A stretch of DNA of 64,000 bases, from NCBI GenBank assembly GCA_032718475.1, contig JAUCBJ010008487.1, positions 1-64,000 on the forward strand, given 5' to 3'. A program made the translations under genes and the position numbers. The first letter of the stretch is position 1. Each line of letters opens with the position of its first letter. This DNA is from Nemertoderma westbladi. Taxonomy: Eukaryota > Animalia > Xenacoelomorpha. Shown piece after piece: positions 14,301 to 26,586 of this stretch. The notes below the pieces were generated by a model that was given only the letters and a program-made list of their open reading frames with translations, ran no database searches and was not told the DNA's origin.

Positions 14301-15004
14301 TCGCATTGCTTCTCGTTCTTGCTCGGTTTTTCGCATTGCTCTTCGTTCTTGCTCGGTGTTTCGCATTGCTTCTTGTTCTTGCTCGGTTTTTCGCATTGCT
14401 CTTCGTTCTTGCTCGGTGTTTCGCATTGCTCCTCGTTCTTGCTCGGTGTTTAACATTGCTCCTCGTTCTTGCACGGTGCCTCGCATTGCTTCTCGTTCTT
14501 GCATGGTGTCTCGCATTGCTTCTCGTTCTTGCTCGGTGTTTCGCATTGCTTCTCGTTCTTGCTCGGTGTTTCGCATTGCTTCTCGTTCTTGCTCGGTGTT
14601 TCGCATTGCTTCTCGTTCTTGCTCGGTGTTTTGCATTGCTCCTCGTTCTTGCTCGGTGTTTTGCATTGCTCCTCGTTCTTGCTCGGTGTTTAACATTGCT
14701 CCTCGTTCTTGCTCGGTGTTTAACATTGCTCCTCGTTCTTGCACGGTGCCTCGCATTGCTTCTCGTTCTTGCATGGTGTCTCGCATTGCTTCTCGTTCTT
14801 GCTCGGTGTTTCGCATTGCTTCTCGTTCTTGCTCGGTGTTTCGCATTGCTTCTCGTTCTTGCTCGGTGTTTCGCATTGCTTCTCGTTCTTGCTCGGTGTT
14901 TTGCATTGCTCCTCGTTCTTGCTCGGTGTTTTGCATTGCTCCTCGTTCTTGCACGGTGCCTCGCATTGCTTCTCGTTCTTGCTCGGTGTTTCGCATTGCT
15001 TCTC
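5384..15004. repeat. 30-bp satellite array, left arm (about 320 monomers)
   Basis: Consensus TTCGCATTGCTTCTCGTTCTTGCTCGGTGT in near-perfect 30-bp register, with recurring variant monomers. Confidence 0.99.
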
Positions 15005-17218
15005 TGATATCTTATTCTGATTTCTGCCTTGCCGCGGCATGACTGGTCTTCTCTGTTGCAACAGCCAAGTGTGAGATCCAGCTTCACACTACAGCTGAGT
15101 AACAGGTATGAGGCTCTTGCTTCTGAGGCGGCAGATCACTGTGAGGGCTATACTGCCTTTACAGAAGCAGTTAAGTTAGCAGCTGCAGAAACAGTTCCTG
15201 TATACCCTCGAAACAGGAAAAGGGCCCCCTGGACTGACAACAAAATTCAAAAGTGCCGAAACGACCTTCATAAGGCGCAGAAAGAGTCCCGACGCAAACA
15301 GACTTTAGCGGCCAAGAATGCAGTTAAGGCTGCATCTAGGTCCCTGAACAGGCAGTACTCTGTTAATCTACAGGAGCTAATAAACCAACAGGTTGATGCC
15401 ATCAATAATGCTGACGACAGCAGGCAATCATCCCAGGCATGGAAATCGATCAATCTGCTTACTGGGCGGAAAAGCCAACCAACCACCAAGGTTAAGGCTG
15501 AATCACCAGCCGATCGCCTCAATGGTTGGAAAGCCCACTTTGAAAAGCTCCTCAATAATGACAGGGTATTGCCTGATAACTTTATAGAAGTAAAGGTGTC
15601 TGAGTCTGTACTCCCAGATATTCCCATTGGCGATATCTCCTTTGCAGAAGTGAAGGCTGCTGCAAAGAGCATTAAGACCAATCGTGCCAGTGGAGTAGAT
15701 GGTGTTCCCCCTGAGGTCTTTAAAATACCTGAGTGTTTAAAGCTCATCTATCCCATCATAGTAGACATGTACCGTACAACAAGAGTCCCACAAGAAATGA
15801 AAACAAATAAGTTGGTGCCAGTTCCCAAGAAGGGCAACCTAACACTCTATGGTTCTTTTCGGGGAATCTCATTGATCTCGATTGCTGCAAAGCTATACAA
15901 TAGGATTCTATTAAATCGCATCAGGGATCCCATTGAGAGACTGCTCCGTGGAAATCAGAATGGGTTCCGTAAAGGTCGTGGGACCATGGAGCCCATTTTG
16001 GCACTTAGAAGGATAATTGAAGAATTATCAAAAAAGAAAGACAGGCATCTGGCTGTTATCTTTGTTGACTTCTTCAAGGCCTTTGATTCAGTCTCTCGCT
16101 CACGTATGTTCAGCATACTTTCATTATATGGGATTCCTGATGAAATTATTGCAGCAATCAGATCAGTATACGATGGTTCGACAACATTTGTGTCTACTGT
16201 TGACGGTGACACAGAACCATTTGAAGTGTTATGGGGCGTCCTCCAAGGAGACACACTTGCACCATTCTTGTTCATTATTGTGGTTGACTATGTTCTACGC
16301 ATGTCCTTAGATCATCATAATGATGATGGGGTGATGATAACTCCACCTACTGGCTCCAGAAGTCGAGGAAATCCTGCCAAGTACCTAACTGATCTAGACT
16401 TTGCTGATGACTTAGGAGTACTCTCAGAATCATTAGAGGGAGCCCAACGGCTCCTCAGCTCATTAGAACATGCTGCTTCTAGTGTTGGTCTTTTTATTAA
16501 CTCCAGAAAGACCAAAATTCTGACAGTTAACTTTGAAAGTCCTCAGCAAGTCTCTGATCGGATGAGCATAAGCTCAAAGGATGGTATGCTTGAGCATGTG
16601 GACGACTTCTGTTACCTGGGATCATGGATCCGGAAGTCAGGTGAGGACCTTCGAATACGTAAGGGAAAGGCATGGGCAGCCTTGAATAGGCTTTCCAGGA
16701 TTTGGAAGTCACCAAGAATTAATCGGAAACTTAAGGTCCGATTATTTAGAGCAGCAGTAGTTCCAGTACTCCTCTACGGGAGTCCATGCTGGGCTCTAAC
16801 TGCTGAGGACACCAAATCTCTGGATGGCACATTCACAAGAATGCTACGCCGGGTTCATTGTGTCAAGTACAATGCACACATCTCCAACCAGACACTATAT
16901 AACATTGGAGGTGTCTCATTGGTTCCCCCAAGCTTGACACTAGAACAAAATCGCCTCCGCTTTGCAGGACATTGCTTTCGCCGTGAGGACCAGCCAGTGC
17001 ATAATCTTGTACTTTGGCAGCCTCGTGGAGTGAATAAGCATGGTGGACAGCCCATGACTTTCTTGAGACGCATCTTAAAGGACACTGGCCTTAAAGATGC
17101 GGATGATCTAGCAAATGTCATGGGTGATAGGGAGTTGTGGCGGTGCAATTTTGTTGACAAGCCGGCACAGCATTCCTAAAAATGCAGCTGCAATGCAGCA
17201 TGCCGATCCTAGTAGTAG
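15005..17218 (+). mobile_element. 5'-truncated RTE-like non-LTR retrotransposon inserted in the satellite
   Basis: Uninterrupted RT ORF, short 3' UTR, (TAG)3 tail at 17210-17218, apparent short TSD TCTC (15001-15004 / 17219-17222). No endonuclease domain, so 5'-truncated. Confidence 0.92.
15029..17179 (+). CDS. Non-LTR reverse transcriptase (RTE-clade-like), N-terminally truncated
   Basis: Motifs ASGVDGV, PVPKKG, FRGISL, NQNGFRKGR, FVDFFKAFDSV, GVLQGDTLAPFLF, LDFADD, FCYLGS and the RTE-type C-terminal RLRFAGHCFR. The TTG start is not a true start. Confidence 0.92.
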   Translation: MPRHDWSSLLQQPSVRSSFTLQLSNRYEALASEAADHCEGYTAFTEAVKLAAAETVPVYPRNRKRAPWTDNKIQKCRNDLHKAQKESRRKQTLAAKNAVKAASRSLNRQYSVNLQELINQQVDAINNADDSRQSSQAWKSINLLTGRKSQPTTKVKAESPADRLNGWKAHFEKLLNNDRVLPDNFIEVKVSESVLPDIPIGDISFAEVKAAAKSIKTNRASGVDGVPPEVFKIPECLKLIYPIIVDMYRTTRVPQEMKTNKLVPVPKKGNLTLYGSFRGISLISIAAKLYNRILLNRIRDPIERLLRGNQNGFRKGRGTMEPILALRRIIEELSKKKDRHLAVIFVDFFKAFDSVSRSRMFSILSLYGIPDEIIAAIRSVYDGSTTFVSTVDGDTEPFEVLWGVLQGDTLAPFLFIIVVDYVLRMSLDHHNDDGVMITPPTGSRSRGNPAKYLTDLDFADDLGVLSESLEGAQRLLSSLEHAASSVGLFINSRKTKILTVNFESPQQVSDRMSISSKDGMLEHVDDFCYLGSWIRKSGEDLRIRKGKAWAALNRLSRIWKSPRINRKLKVRLFRAAVVPVLLYGSPCWALTAEDTKSLDGTFTRMLRRVHCVKYNAHISNQTLYNIGGVSLVPPSLTLEQNRLRFAGHCFRREDQPVHNLVLWQPRGVNKHGGQPMTFLRRILKDTGLKDADDLANVMGDRELWRCNFVDKPAQHS

Positions 17219-20200
17219 TCTCGTTCTTGCTCGGTGTTTCGCATTGCTTCTCGTTCTTGCTCGGTGTTTAACATTGCTCCTCGTTCTTGCTCGGTGTTAC
17301 GCATTGCTTCTCGTTCTTGCTCGGTGTTTAACATTGCTCCTCGTTCTTGCTCGGTGTTACGCATTGCTTCTCGTTCTTTCTCGGTGTTTAACATTGCTCC
17401 TCGTTCTTGCTCGGTGTTTCGCATTGCTCCTCGTTCTTGCTCGGTGTTTAACATTGCTCCTCGTTCTTGCTCGGTGTTACGCATTGCTTCTCGTTCTTTC
17501 TCGGTGTTTAACATTGCTCCTCGTTCTTGCTCGGTGTTTCGCATTGCTTCTCGTTCTTGCTCGGTGTTTAACATTGCTCCTCGTTCTTGCTCGGTGTTAC
17601 GCATTGCTTCTCGTTCTTTCTCGGTGTTTAACATTGCTCCTCGTTCTTGCTCGGTGTTTCGCATTGCTCTTCGTTCTTGCTCGGTGTTTAACATTGCTCC
17701 TCGTTCTTGCTCGGTGTTTCGCATTGCTTCTCGTTCTTTCTCGGTGTTTAACATTGCTCCTCGTTCTTGCTCGGTGTTACGCATTGCTTCTCGTTCTTGC
17801 TCGGTGTTTCGCATTGCTTCTCGTTCTTTCTCGGTGTTTAACATTGCTCCTCGTTCTTGCTCGGTGTTACGCATTGCTTCTCGTTCTTGCTCGGTGTTTC
17901 GCATTGCTTCTCGTTCTTGCACGGTGTTTAACATTGCTCCTCGTTCTTGCTCGGTGTTACGCATTGCTTCTCGTTCTTTCTCGGTGTTTAACATTGCTCC
18001 TCGTTCTTGCTCGGTGTTTCGCATTGCTCTTCGTTCTTGCTCGGTGTTTAACATTGCTCCTCGTTCTTGCTCGGTGTTTCGCATTGCTTCTCGTTCTTTC
18101 TCGGTGTTTAACATTGCTCCTCGTTCTTGCTCGGTGTTACGCATTGCTTCTCGTTCTTGCTCGGTGTTTAACATTGCTCCTCGTTCTTGCTCGGTGTTAC
18201 GCATTGCTTCTCGTTCTTTCTCGGTGTTTAACATTGCTCCTCGTTCTTGCTCGGTGTTTCGCATTGCTCTTCGTTCTTGCTCGGTGTTTAACATTGCTCC
18301 TCGTTCTTGCTCGGTGTTTCGCATTGCTTCTCGTTCTTTCTCGGTGTTTAACATTGCTCCTCGTTCTTGCTCGGTGTTACGCATTGCTTCTCGTTCTTGC
18401 TCGGTGTTTCGCATTGCTTCTCGTTCTTGCACGGTGTTTAACATTGCTCCTCGTTCTTGCTCGGTGTTACGCATTGCTTCTCGTTCTTTCTCGGTGTTTA
18501 ACATTGCTCCTCGTTCTTGCTCGGTGTTTCGCATTGCTCTTCGTTCTTGCTCGGTGTTTCGCATTGCTTCTCGTTCTTGCACGGTGTTTAACATTGCTCC
18601 TCGTTCTTGCTCGGTGTTACGCATTGCTTCTCGTTCTTTCTCGGTGTTTAACATTGCTCCTCGTTCTTGCTCGGTGTTTCGCATTGCTCTCTCGTTCTTG
18701 CTCGGTGTTTAACATTGCTCCTCGTTCTTGCTCGGTGTTTCGCATTGCTTCTCGTTCTTTCTCGGTGTTTAACATTGCTCCTCGTTCTTGCTCGGTGTTT
18801 CGCATTGCTCTTCGTTCTTGCTCGGTGTTTAACATTGCTCCTCGTTCTTGCTTGGTGTTTCGCATTGCTTCTCGTTCTTGCTCGGTTTTTCGCATTGCTC
18901 CTCGTTCTTGCTCGGTGTTTCGCATTGCTTCTCGTTCTTTCTCGGTGTTTAACATTGCTCCTCGTTCTTGCTCGGTGTTACGCATTGCTTCTCGTTCTTG
19001 CTCGGTGTTTCGCATTGCTTCTCGTTCTTGCACGGTGTTTAACATTGCTCCTCGTTCTTGCTCGGTGTTACGCATTGCTTCTCGTTCTTTCTCGGTGTTT
19101 AACATTGCTCCTCGTTCTTGCTCGGTGTTTCGCATTGCTCTTCGTTCTTGCTCGGTGTTTAACATTGCTCCTCGTTCTTGCTCGGTGTTTCGCATTGCTT
19201 CTCGTTCTTTCTCGGTGTTTAACATTGCTCCTCGTTCTTGCTCGGTGTTACGCATTGCTCCTCGTTCTTGCTCGGTGTTACGCATTGCTTCTCGTTCTTT
19301 CTCGGTGTTTAACATTGCTCCTCGTTCTTGCTCGGTGTTTCGCATTGCTTCTCGTTCTTTCTCGGTGTTTAACATTGCTCCTCGTTCTTGCTCGGTGTTA
19401 CGCATTGCTTCTCGTTCTTTCTCGGTGTTTAACATTGCTCCTCGTTCTTGCTCGGTGTTTCGCATTGCTCTTCGTTCTTGCTCGGTGTTTAACATTGCTC
19501 CTCGTTCTTGCTCGGTGTTTCGCATTGCTTCTCGTTCTTTCTCGGTGTTTAACATTGCTCCTCGTTCTTGCTCGGTGTTACGCATTGCTTCTCGTTCTTG
19601 CTCGGTGTTTCGCATTGCTTCTCGTTCTTGCACGGTGTTTAACATTGCTCCTCGTTCTTGCTCGGTGTTACGCATTGCTTCTCGTTCTTTCTCGGTGTTT
19701 AACATTGCTCCTCGTTCTTGCTCGGTGTTACGCATTGCTTCTCGTTCTTGCTCGGTGTTTCGCATTGCTTCTCGTTCTTGCTCGGTGTTACGCATTGCTT
19801 CTCGTTCTTTCTCGGTGTTTAACATTGCTCCTCGTTCTTGCTCGGTGTTTCGCATTGCTCTTCGTTCTTGCTCGGTGTTTAACATTGCTCCTCGTTCTTG
19901 CTCGGTGTTACGCATTGCTTCTCGTTCTTGCTCGGTGTTTCGCATTGCTTCTCGTTCTTGCTCGGTGTTACGCATTGCTTCTCGTTCTTGCTCGGTGTTT
20001 CGCATTGTTTCTCGTTCTTGCTCGGTGTTTCGCATTGCTCCTCGTTCTTGCTCGGTGTTACGCATTGCTCCTCGTTCTTGCTCGGTGTTACGCATTGCTT
20101 CTCGTTCTTGCTCGGTGTTTCGCATTGTTTCTCGTTCTTGCTCGGTGTTTCGCATTGCTCCTCGTTCTTGCTCGGTGTTACGCATTGCTTCTCGTTCTTG

Positions 20201-23200
20201 CTCGGTGTTTCGCATTGCTTCTCGTTCTTGCTCGGTGTTTAACATTGCTCCTCGTTCTTGCTCGGTGTTACGCATTGCTTCTCGTTCTTTCTCGGTGTTT
20301 AACATTGCTCCTCGTTCTTGCTCGGTGTTTCGCATTGCTCTTCGTTCTTGCTCGGTGTTTAACATTGCTCCTCGTTCTTGCTCGGTGTTTCGCATTGCTT
20401 CTCGTTCTTTCTCGGTGTTTAACATTGCTCCTCGTTCTTGCTCGGTGTTACGCATTGCTTCTCGTTCTTGCTCGGTGTTTCGCATTGCTTCTCGTTCTTG
20501 CACGGTGTTTAACATTGCTCCTCGTTCTTGCTCGGTGTTACGCATTGCTTCTCGTTCTTTCTCGGTGTTTAACATTGCTCCTCGTTCTTGCTCGGTGTTA
20601 CGCATTGCTTCTCGTTCTTGCTCGGTGTTTCGCATTGCTTCTCGTTCTTGCTCGGTGTTACGCATTGCTTCTCGTTCTTTCTCGGTGTTTAACATTGCTC
20701 CTCGTTCTTGCTCGGTGTTACGCATTGCTCCTCGTTCTTGCTCGGTGTTACGCATTGCTTCTCGTTCTTTCTCGGTGTTTAACATTGCTCCTCGTTCTTG
20801 CTCGGTGTTTCGCATTGCTTCTCGTTCTTTCTCGGTGTTTAACATTGCTCCTCGTTCTTGCTCGGTGTTACGCATTGCTCCTCGTTCTTGCTCGGTGTTA
20901 CGCATTGCTTCTCGTTCTTGCTCGGTGTTTCGCATTGCTTCTCGTTCTTGCTCGGTGTTTCGCATTGCTTCTCGTTCTTGCTCGGTGTTTCGCATTGCTC
21001 CTCGTTCTTGCTCGGTGTTTCGCATTGCTTCTCGTTCTTGCTCGGTGTTTCGCATTGCTTCTCGTTCTTTCTCGGTGTTTAACATTGCTCCTCGTTCTTG
21101 CTCGGTGTTACGCATTGCTTCTCGTTCTTGCTCGGTGTTTAACATTGCTCCTCGTTCTTGCTCGGTGTTTCGCATTGCTTCTCGTTCTTGCTCGGTGTTT
21201 AACATTGCTCCTCGTTCTTGCTCGGTGTTTCGCATTGCTTCTCGTTCTTTCTCGGTGTTTAACATTGCTCCTCGTTCTTGCTCGGTGTTACGCATTGCTT
21301 CTCGTTCTTGCTCGGTGTTTCGCATTGCTCCTCGTTCTTGCTCGGTGTTACGCATTGCTTCTCGTTCTTGCACGGTGTTTCGCATTGCTCCTCGTTCTTG
21401 CTCGGTGTTTCGCATTGCTTCTCGTTCTTGCTCGGTGTTTACGCATTGCTTCTCGTTCTTGCTCGGTGTTTCGCATTGCTCCTCGTTCTTGCTCGGTGTT
21501 TCGCATTGCTCTCTCGTTCTTGCTCGGTGTTTCGCATTGCTTCTCGTTCTTGCTCGGTGTTTAACATTGCTCCTCGTTCTTGCTCGGTGTTTCGCATTGC
21601 TCCTCGTTCTTGCTCGGTGTTTTGCATTGCTTCTCGTTCTTGCTCGGTGCCTCGCATTGCTTCTCGTTCTTGCTCGGTGTTTCGCATTGCTCTCTCGTTC
21701 TTGCTCGGTGTTTCGCATTGCTCCTCGTTCTTGCTCGGTGTTTCGCATTGCTCCTCGTTCTTGCTCGGTGTTTCGCATTGCTCCTCGTTCTTGCTCGGTG
21801 TTTCGCATTGCTCCTCGTTCTTGCTCGGTGTTTCGCATTGCTCCTCGTTCTTGCTCGGTGTTTCGCATTGCTTCTCGTTCTTGCTCGGTGTTTCGCATTG
21901 CTTCTCGTTCTTGCTCGGTGTTTCGCATTGCTCTTCGTTCTTGCTCGGTGTTTAACATTGCTCCTCGTTCTTGCTCGGTGTTACGCATTGCTTCTCGTTC
22001 TTGCTCGGTGTTTGCATTGCTTCTCGTTCTTGCTCGGTGTTTCGCATTGCTTCTCGTTCTTGCACGGTGTTTCGCATTGCTCCTCGTTCTTGCTCGATGT
22101 CTCGCATTGCTTCTCGTTCTTGCTCGGTGTTTCGCATTGCTTCTCGTTCTTGCTCGGTGTTTCGCATTGCTTCTCGTTCTTGCTCGGTGTTTCGCATTGC
22201 TTCTCGTTCTTGCTCGGTGTTTCGCATTGCTCCTCGTTCTTGCACGGTGTCTCGCATTGCTTCTCGTTCTTGCTCGGTGTTTCGCATTGCTTCTCGTTCT
22301 TGCTCGGTGTTTCGCATTGCTTCTCGTTCTTGCTCGGTGTTTCGCATTGCTTCTCGTTCTTGCACGGTGTTTCGCATTGCTCCTCGTTCTTGCACGGTGT
22401 CTCGCATTGCTTCTCGTTCTTGCTCGGTGTTTCGCATTGCTTCTCGTTCTTGCTCGGTGTTTCGCATTGCTTCTCGTTCTTGCTCGGTGTTTCGCATTGC
22501 TTCTCGTTCTTGCACGGTGTTTCGCATTGCTCCTCGTTCTTGCACGGTGCCTCGCATTGCTCCTCGTTCTTGCTCGGTGTTTCGCATTGCTCTTCGTTCT
22601 TGCTCGGTGTTTAACATTGCTCCTCGTTCTTGCTCGGTGTTTCGCATTGCTTCTCGTTCTTGCTCGGTGTTATGCATTGCTTCTCGTTCTTGCTCGGTGT
22701 TTCGCATTGCTTCTCGTTCTTGCACGGTGTTTCGCATTGCTCCTCGTTCTTGCTCGGTGTTTCGCATTGCTTCTCGTTCTTGCTCGGTGTTTCGCATTGC
22801 TCCTCGTTCTTGCTCGGTGTTTCGCATTGCTTCTCGTTCTTGCTCGGTGTTTCGCATTGCTTCTCGTTCTTGCTCGGTGTTTCGCATTGCTTCTCGTTCT
22901 TGCTCGATGTTTCGCATTGCTTCTCGTTCTTGCTCGGTGTTTCGCATTGCTCCTCGTTCTTGCACGATGCCTCGCATTGCTTCTCGTTCTTGCTCGGTGT
23001 TTCGCATTGCTCCTCGTTCTTGCTCGGTGTTTCGCATTGCTCCTCGTTCTTGCTCGATGCCTCGCATTGCTTCTCGTTCTTGCTCGGTGTTTCGCATTGC
23101 TTCTCGTTCTTGCTCGGTGTTTAGCATTGCTCCTCGTTCTTGCTCGGTGTTTCGCATTGCTTCTCGTTCTTGCTCGGTGTTTAGCATTGCTCCTCGTTCT

Positions 23201-26200
23201 TGCTCGGTGTTTCGCATTGCTCCTCGTTCTTGCTCGGTGTTTCGCATTGCTTCTCGTTCTTGCTCGGTGCCTCGCATTGCTTCTCGTTCTTGCTCGGTGT
23301 TTCGCATTGCTCCTCGTTCTTGCTCGGTGTTTCGCATTGCTCCTCGTTCTTGCTCGGTGTTTCGCATTGCTTCTCGTTCTTGCTCGGTGTTTCGCATTGC
23401 TCCTCGTTCTTGCTCGGTGTTTCGCATTGCTCCTCGTTCTTGCACGGTGTCTCGCATTGCTTCTCGTTCTTGCTCGGTGTTTCGCATTGCTTCTCGTTCT
23501 TGCTCGGTGTTTAACATTGCTCCTCGTTCTTGCTCGGTGTTACGCATTGCTTCTCGTTCTTGCTCGGTGTTTCGCATTGCTTCTCGTTCTTGCTCGGTGT
23601 TTCGCATTGCTTCTCGTTCTTGCTCGGTGTTTTGCATTGCTCCTCGTTCTTGCTCGGTGTTTCGCATTGCTCCTCGTTCTTGCTCGGTGTTTCGCATTGC
23701 TTCTCGTTCTTGCTCGGTGTTTCGCATTGCTCCTCGTTCTTGCTCGGTGTTTTGCATTGCTCCTCGTTCTTGCACGGTGCCTCGCATTGCTTCTCGTTCT
23801 TGCTCGGTGTTTCGCATTGCTTCTCGTTCTTGCTCGGTGTTTCGCATTGCTTCTCGTTCTTGCTCGGTGTTTCGCATTGCTTCTCGTTCTTGCTCGGTGT
23901 TTTGCATTGCTTCTCGTTCTTGCTCGGTGTTACGCATTGCTTCTCGTTCTTGCTCGGTGCCTCGCATTGCTTCTCGTTCTTGCTCGGTGTTTCGCATTGC
24001 TTCTCGTTCTTGCTCGGTGTTTCGCATTGCTCCTCGTTCTTGCTCGGTGTTACGCATTGCTTCTCGTTCTTGCTCGGTGTTTCGCATTGCTTCTCGTTCT
24101 TGCTCGGTGTTTCGCATTGCTTCTCGTTCTTGCTCGGTGTTTTGCATTGCTTCTCGTTCTTGCTCGGTGTTACGCATTGCTTCTCGTTCTTGCTCGGTGT
24201 TTCGCATTGCTTCTCGTTCTTGCTCGGTGTTTCGCATTGCTCCTCGTTCTTGCTCGGTGTTTCGCATTGCTCCTCGTTCTTGCTCGGTGTTTCGCATTGC
24301 TTCTCGTTCTTGCTCGGTGTTTCGCATTGCTCTTCGTTCTTGCTCGGTGTTTCGCATTGCTTCTCGTTCTTGCTCGGTGTTTCGCATTGCTTCTCGTTCT
24401 TGCTCGGTGTTTCGCATTGCTCCTCGTTCTTGCTCGGTGTTTTGCATTGCTCCTCGTTCTTGCTCGGTGTTTCGCATTGCTCCTCGTTCTTGCTCGGTGT
24501 TTTGCATTGCTCCTCGTTCTTGCTCGGTGTTTCGCATTGCTCCTCGTTCTTGCTCGGTGTTTCGCATTGCTTCTCGTTCTTGCTCGGTGTTTCGCATTGC
24601 TTCTCGTTCTTGCTCGGTGTTTAACATTGCTCCTCGTTCTTGCTCGGTGTTTTGCATTGCTCCTCGTTCTTGCTCGGTGTTTCGCATTGCTTCTCGTTCT
24701 TGCTCGGTGTTTTGCATTGCTCCTCGTTCTTGCTCGGTGTTTCGCATTGCTCCTCGTTCTTGCTCGGTGTTTTGCATTGCTCCTCGTTCTTGCTCGGTGT
24801 TTCGCATTGCTCCTCGTTCTTGCTCGGTGTTTCGCATTGCTCCTCGTTCTTGCTCGGTGTTTTGCATTGCTCCTCGTTCTTGCTCGGTGTTTCGCATTGC
24901 TTCTCGTTCTTGCTCGGTGTTTAACATTGCTCCTCGTTCTTGCTCGGTGTTTTGCATTGCTCCTCGTTCTTGCTCGGTGTTTCGCATTGCTTCTCGTTCT
25001 TGCTCGGTGTTTCGCATTGCTTCTCGTTCTTGCTCGGTGTTTCGCATTGCTCCTCGTTCTTGCTCGGTGTTTTGCATTGCTCCTCGTTCTTGCTCGGTGT
25101 TTCGCATTGCTTCTCGTTCTTGCTCGGTGTTTAACATTGCTCCTCGTTCTTGCTCGGTGTTTTGCATTGCTCCTCGTTCTTGCTCGGTGTTTCGCATTGC
25201 TTCTCGTTCTTGCTCGGTGTTTAACATTGCTCCTCGTTCTTGCTCGGTGTTACGCATTGCTTCTCGTTCTTGCTCGGTGTTTCGCATTGCTCCTCGTTCT
25301 TGCTCGGTGTTTTGCATTGCTCCTCGTTCTTGCTCGGTGTTTCGCATTGCTTCTCGTTCTTGCTCGGTGTTTAACATTGCTCCTCGTTCTTGCTCGGTGT
25401 TACGCATTGCTTCTCGTTCTTGCTCGGTGTTTCGCATTGCTTCTCGTTCTTGCTCGGTGTTTCGCATTGCTTCTCGTTCTTGCTCGGTGTTTCGCATTGC
25501 TTCTCGTTCTTGCTCGGTGTTTCGCATTGCTCCTCGTTCTTGCTCGGTGTTTCGCATTGCTCCTCGTTCTTGTTCGGTGTTACGCATTGATCTTCGTTCT
25601 TGCTCGGTGTTTCGCATTGCTTCTCGTTCTTGCTCGGTGTTTCGCATTGCTTCTCGTTCTTGCTCGGTGTTTCGCATTGCTTCTCGTTCTTGCTCGGTGC
25701 CTCGCATTGCTTCTCGTTCTTGCTCGGTGTTTCGCATTGCTTCTCGTTCTTGCTCGGTGTTTCGCATTGCTTCTCGTTCTTGCTCGGTGTTACGCATTGC
25801 TTCTCGTTCTTGCTCGGTGCCTCGCATTGCTTCTCGTTCTTGCTCGGTGTTTCGCATTGCTTCTCGTTCTTGTTCGGTGTTACGCATTGCTCTTCGTTCT
25901 TGCTCGGTGTTTCGCATTGCTTCTCGTTCTTGCTCGGTGTTTCGCATTGCTTCTCGTTCTTGCTCGGTGTTTCGCATTGCTTCTCGTTCTTGCTCGGTGC
26001 CTCGCATTGCTTCTCGTTCTTGCTCGGTGTTTCGCATTGCTTCTCGTTCTTGCTCGGTGTTTCGCATTGCTTCTCGTTCTTGCTCGGTGTTTCGCATTGC
26101 TTCTCGTTCTTGCTCGGTGTTTCGCATTGCTTCTCGTTCTTGCTTGGTGTTTCGCATTGCTCTTCATTCTTGCTCGGTGTTTCGCATTGCTTCTCGATCT

Positions 26201-26316
26201 TGCTCGGTGTTTCGCATTGCTTCTCGTTCTTGCTCGGTGTTTCGCATTGCTTCTCGTTCTTGCTCGGTGCCTCGCATTGCTTCTCGTTCTTGCTCGGTGT
26301 TTCGCATTGCTTCTCG
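17219..26316. repeat. 30-bp satellite array, right arm (about 300 monomers)
   Basis: Same consensus as the left arm; ends abruptly at the BEL/Pao element. Confidence 0.99.
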
Positions 26317-26442
26317 TATAGAATTATATTCCCTAAATGCCGTGGATTTTCAAAATTTTATTTTATTCGAATTAACTTTGTAAAGATTGCTTTGAGTTCT
26401 CATTAGTATTGGTTCTATCTATTGTGTATCTATCGGTCAAGT

Positions 26443-26517
26443 GGTTCAGTAGCTCAGTTGGTAGAGCGTTGGAAATTATATGTGTAGTAGGTATCGAGTT
26501 CGAATCCTAGTAAGTGC
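26443..26517 (+). ncRNA. tRNA-derived Pol III A/B-box cassette within the LTR (degenerate cloverleaf)
   Basis: TAGCTCAGTTGGTAGAGCG (A box/D arm) and GAGTTCGAATCC (B box/T loop) at tRNA spacing; anticodon and acceptor stems do not pair. Confidence 0.75.
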
Positions 26518-26586
26518 GAATTATTTTTTGTGCAGAATTTCAACTCATTTAAATTAACCGCTACAAATTAATTGCATTTGTCTGTA

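Noticed and set aside
5323-26406. Giant ORFs (up to 3068 aa) in several frames over the satellite
   Set aside because: A 30-bp consensus unit without stop codons gives open frames on both strands; 1-bp indels switch frames freely and no unique domain is attached.
26443-26517. Functional tRNA gene
   Set aside because: Acceptor, anticodon and T stems do not pair; kept only as a tRNA-derived promoter cassette.
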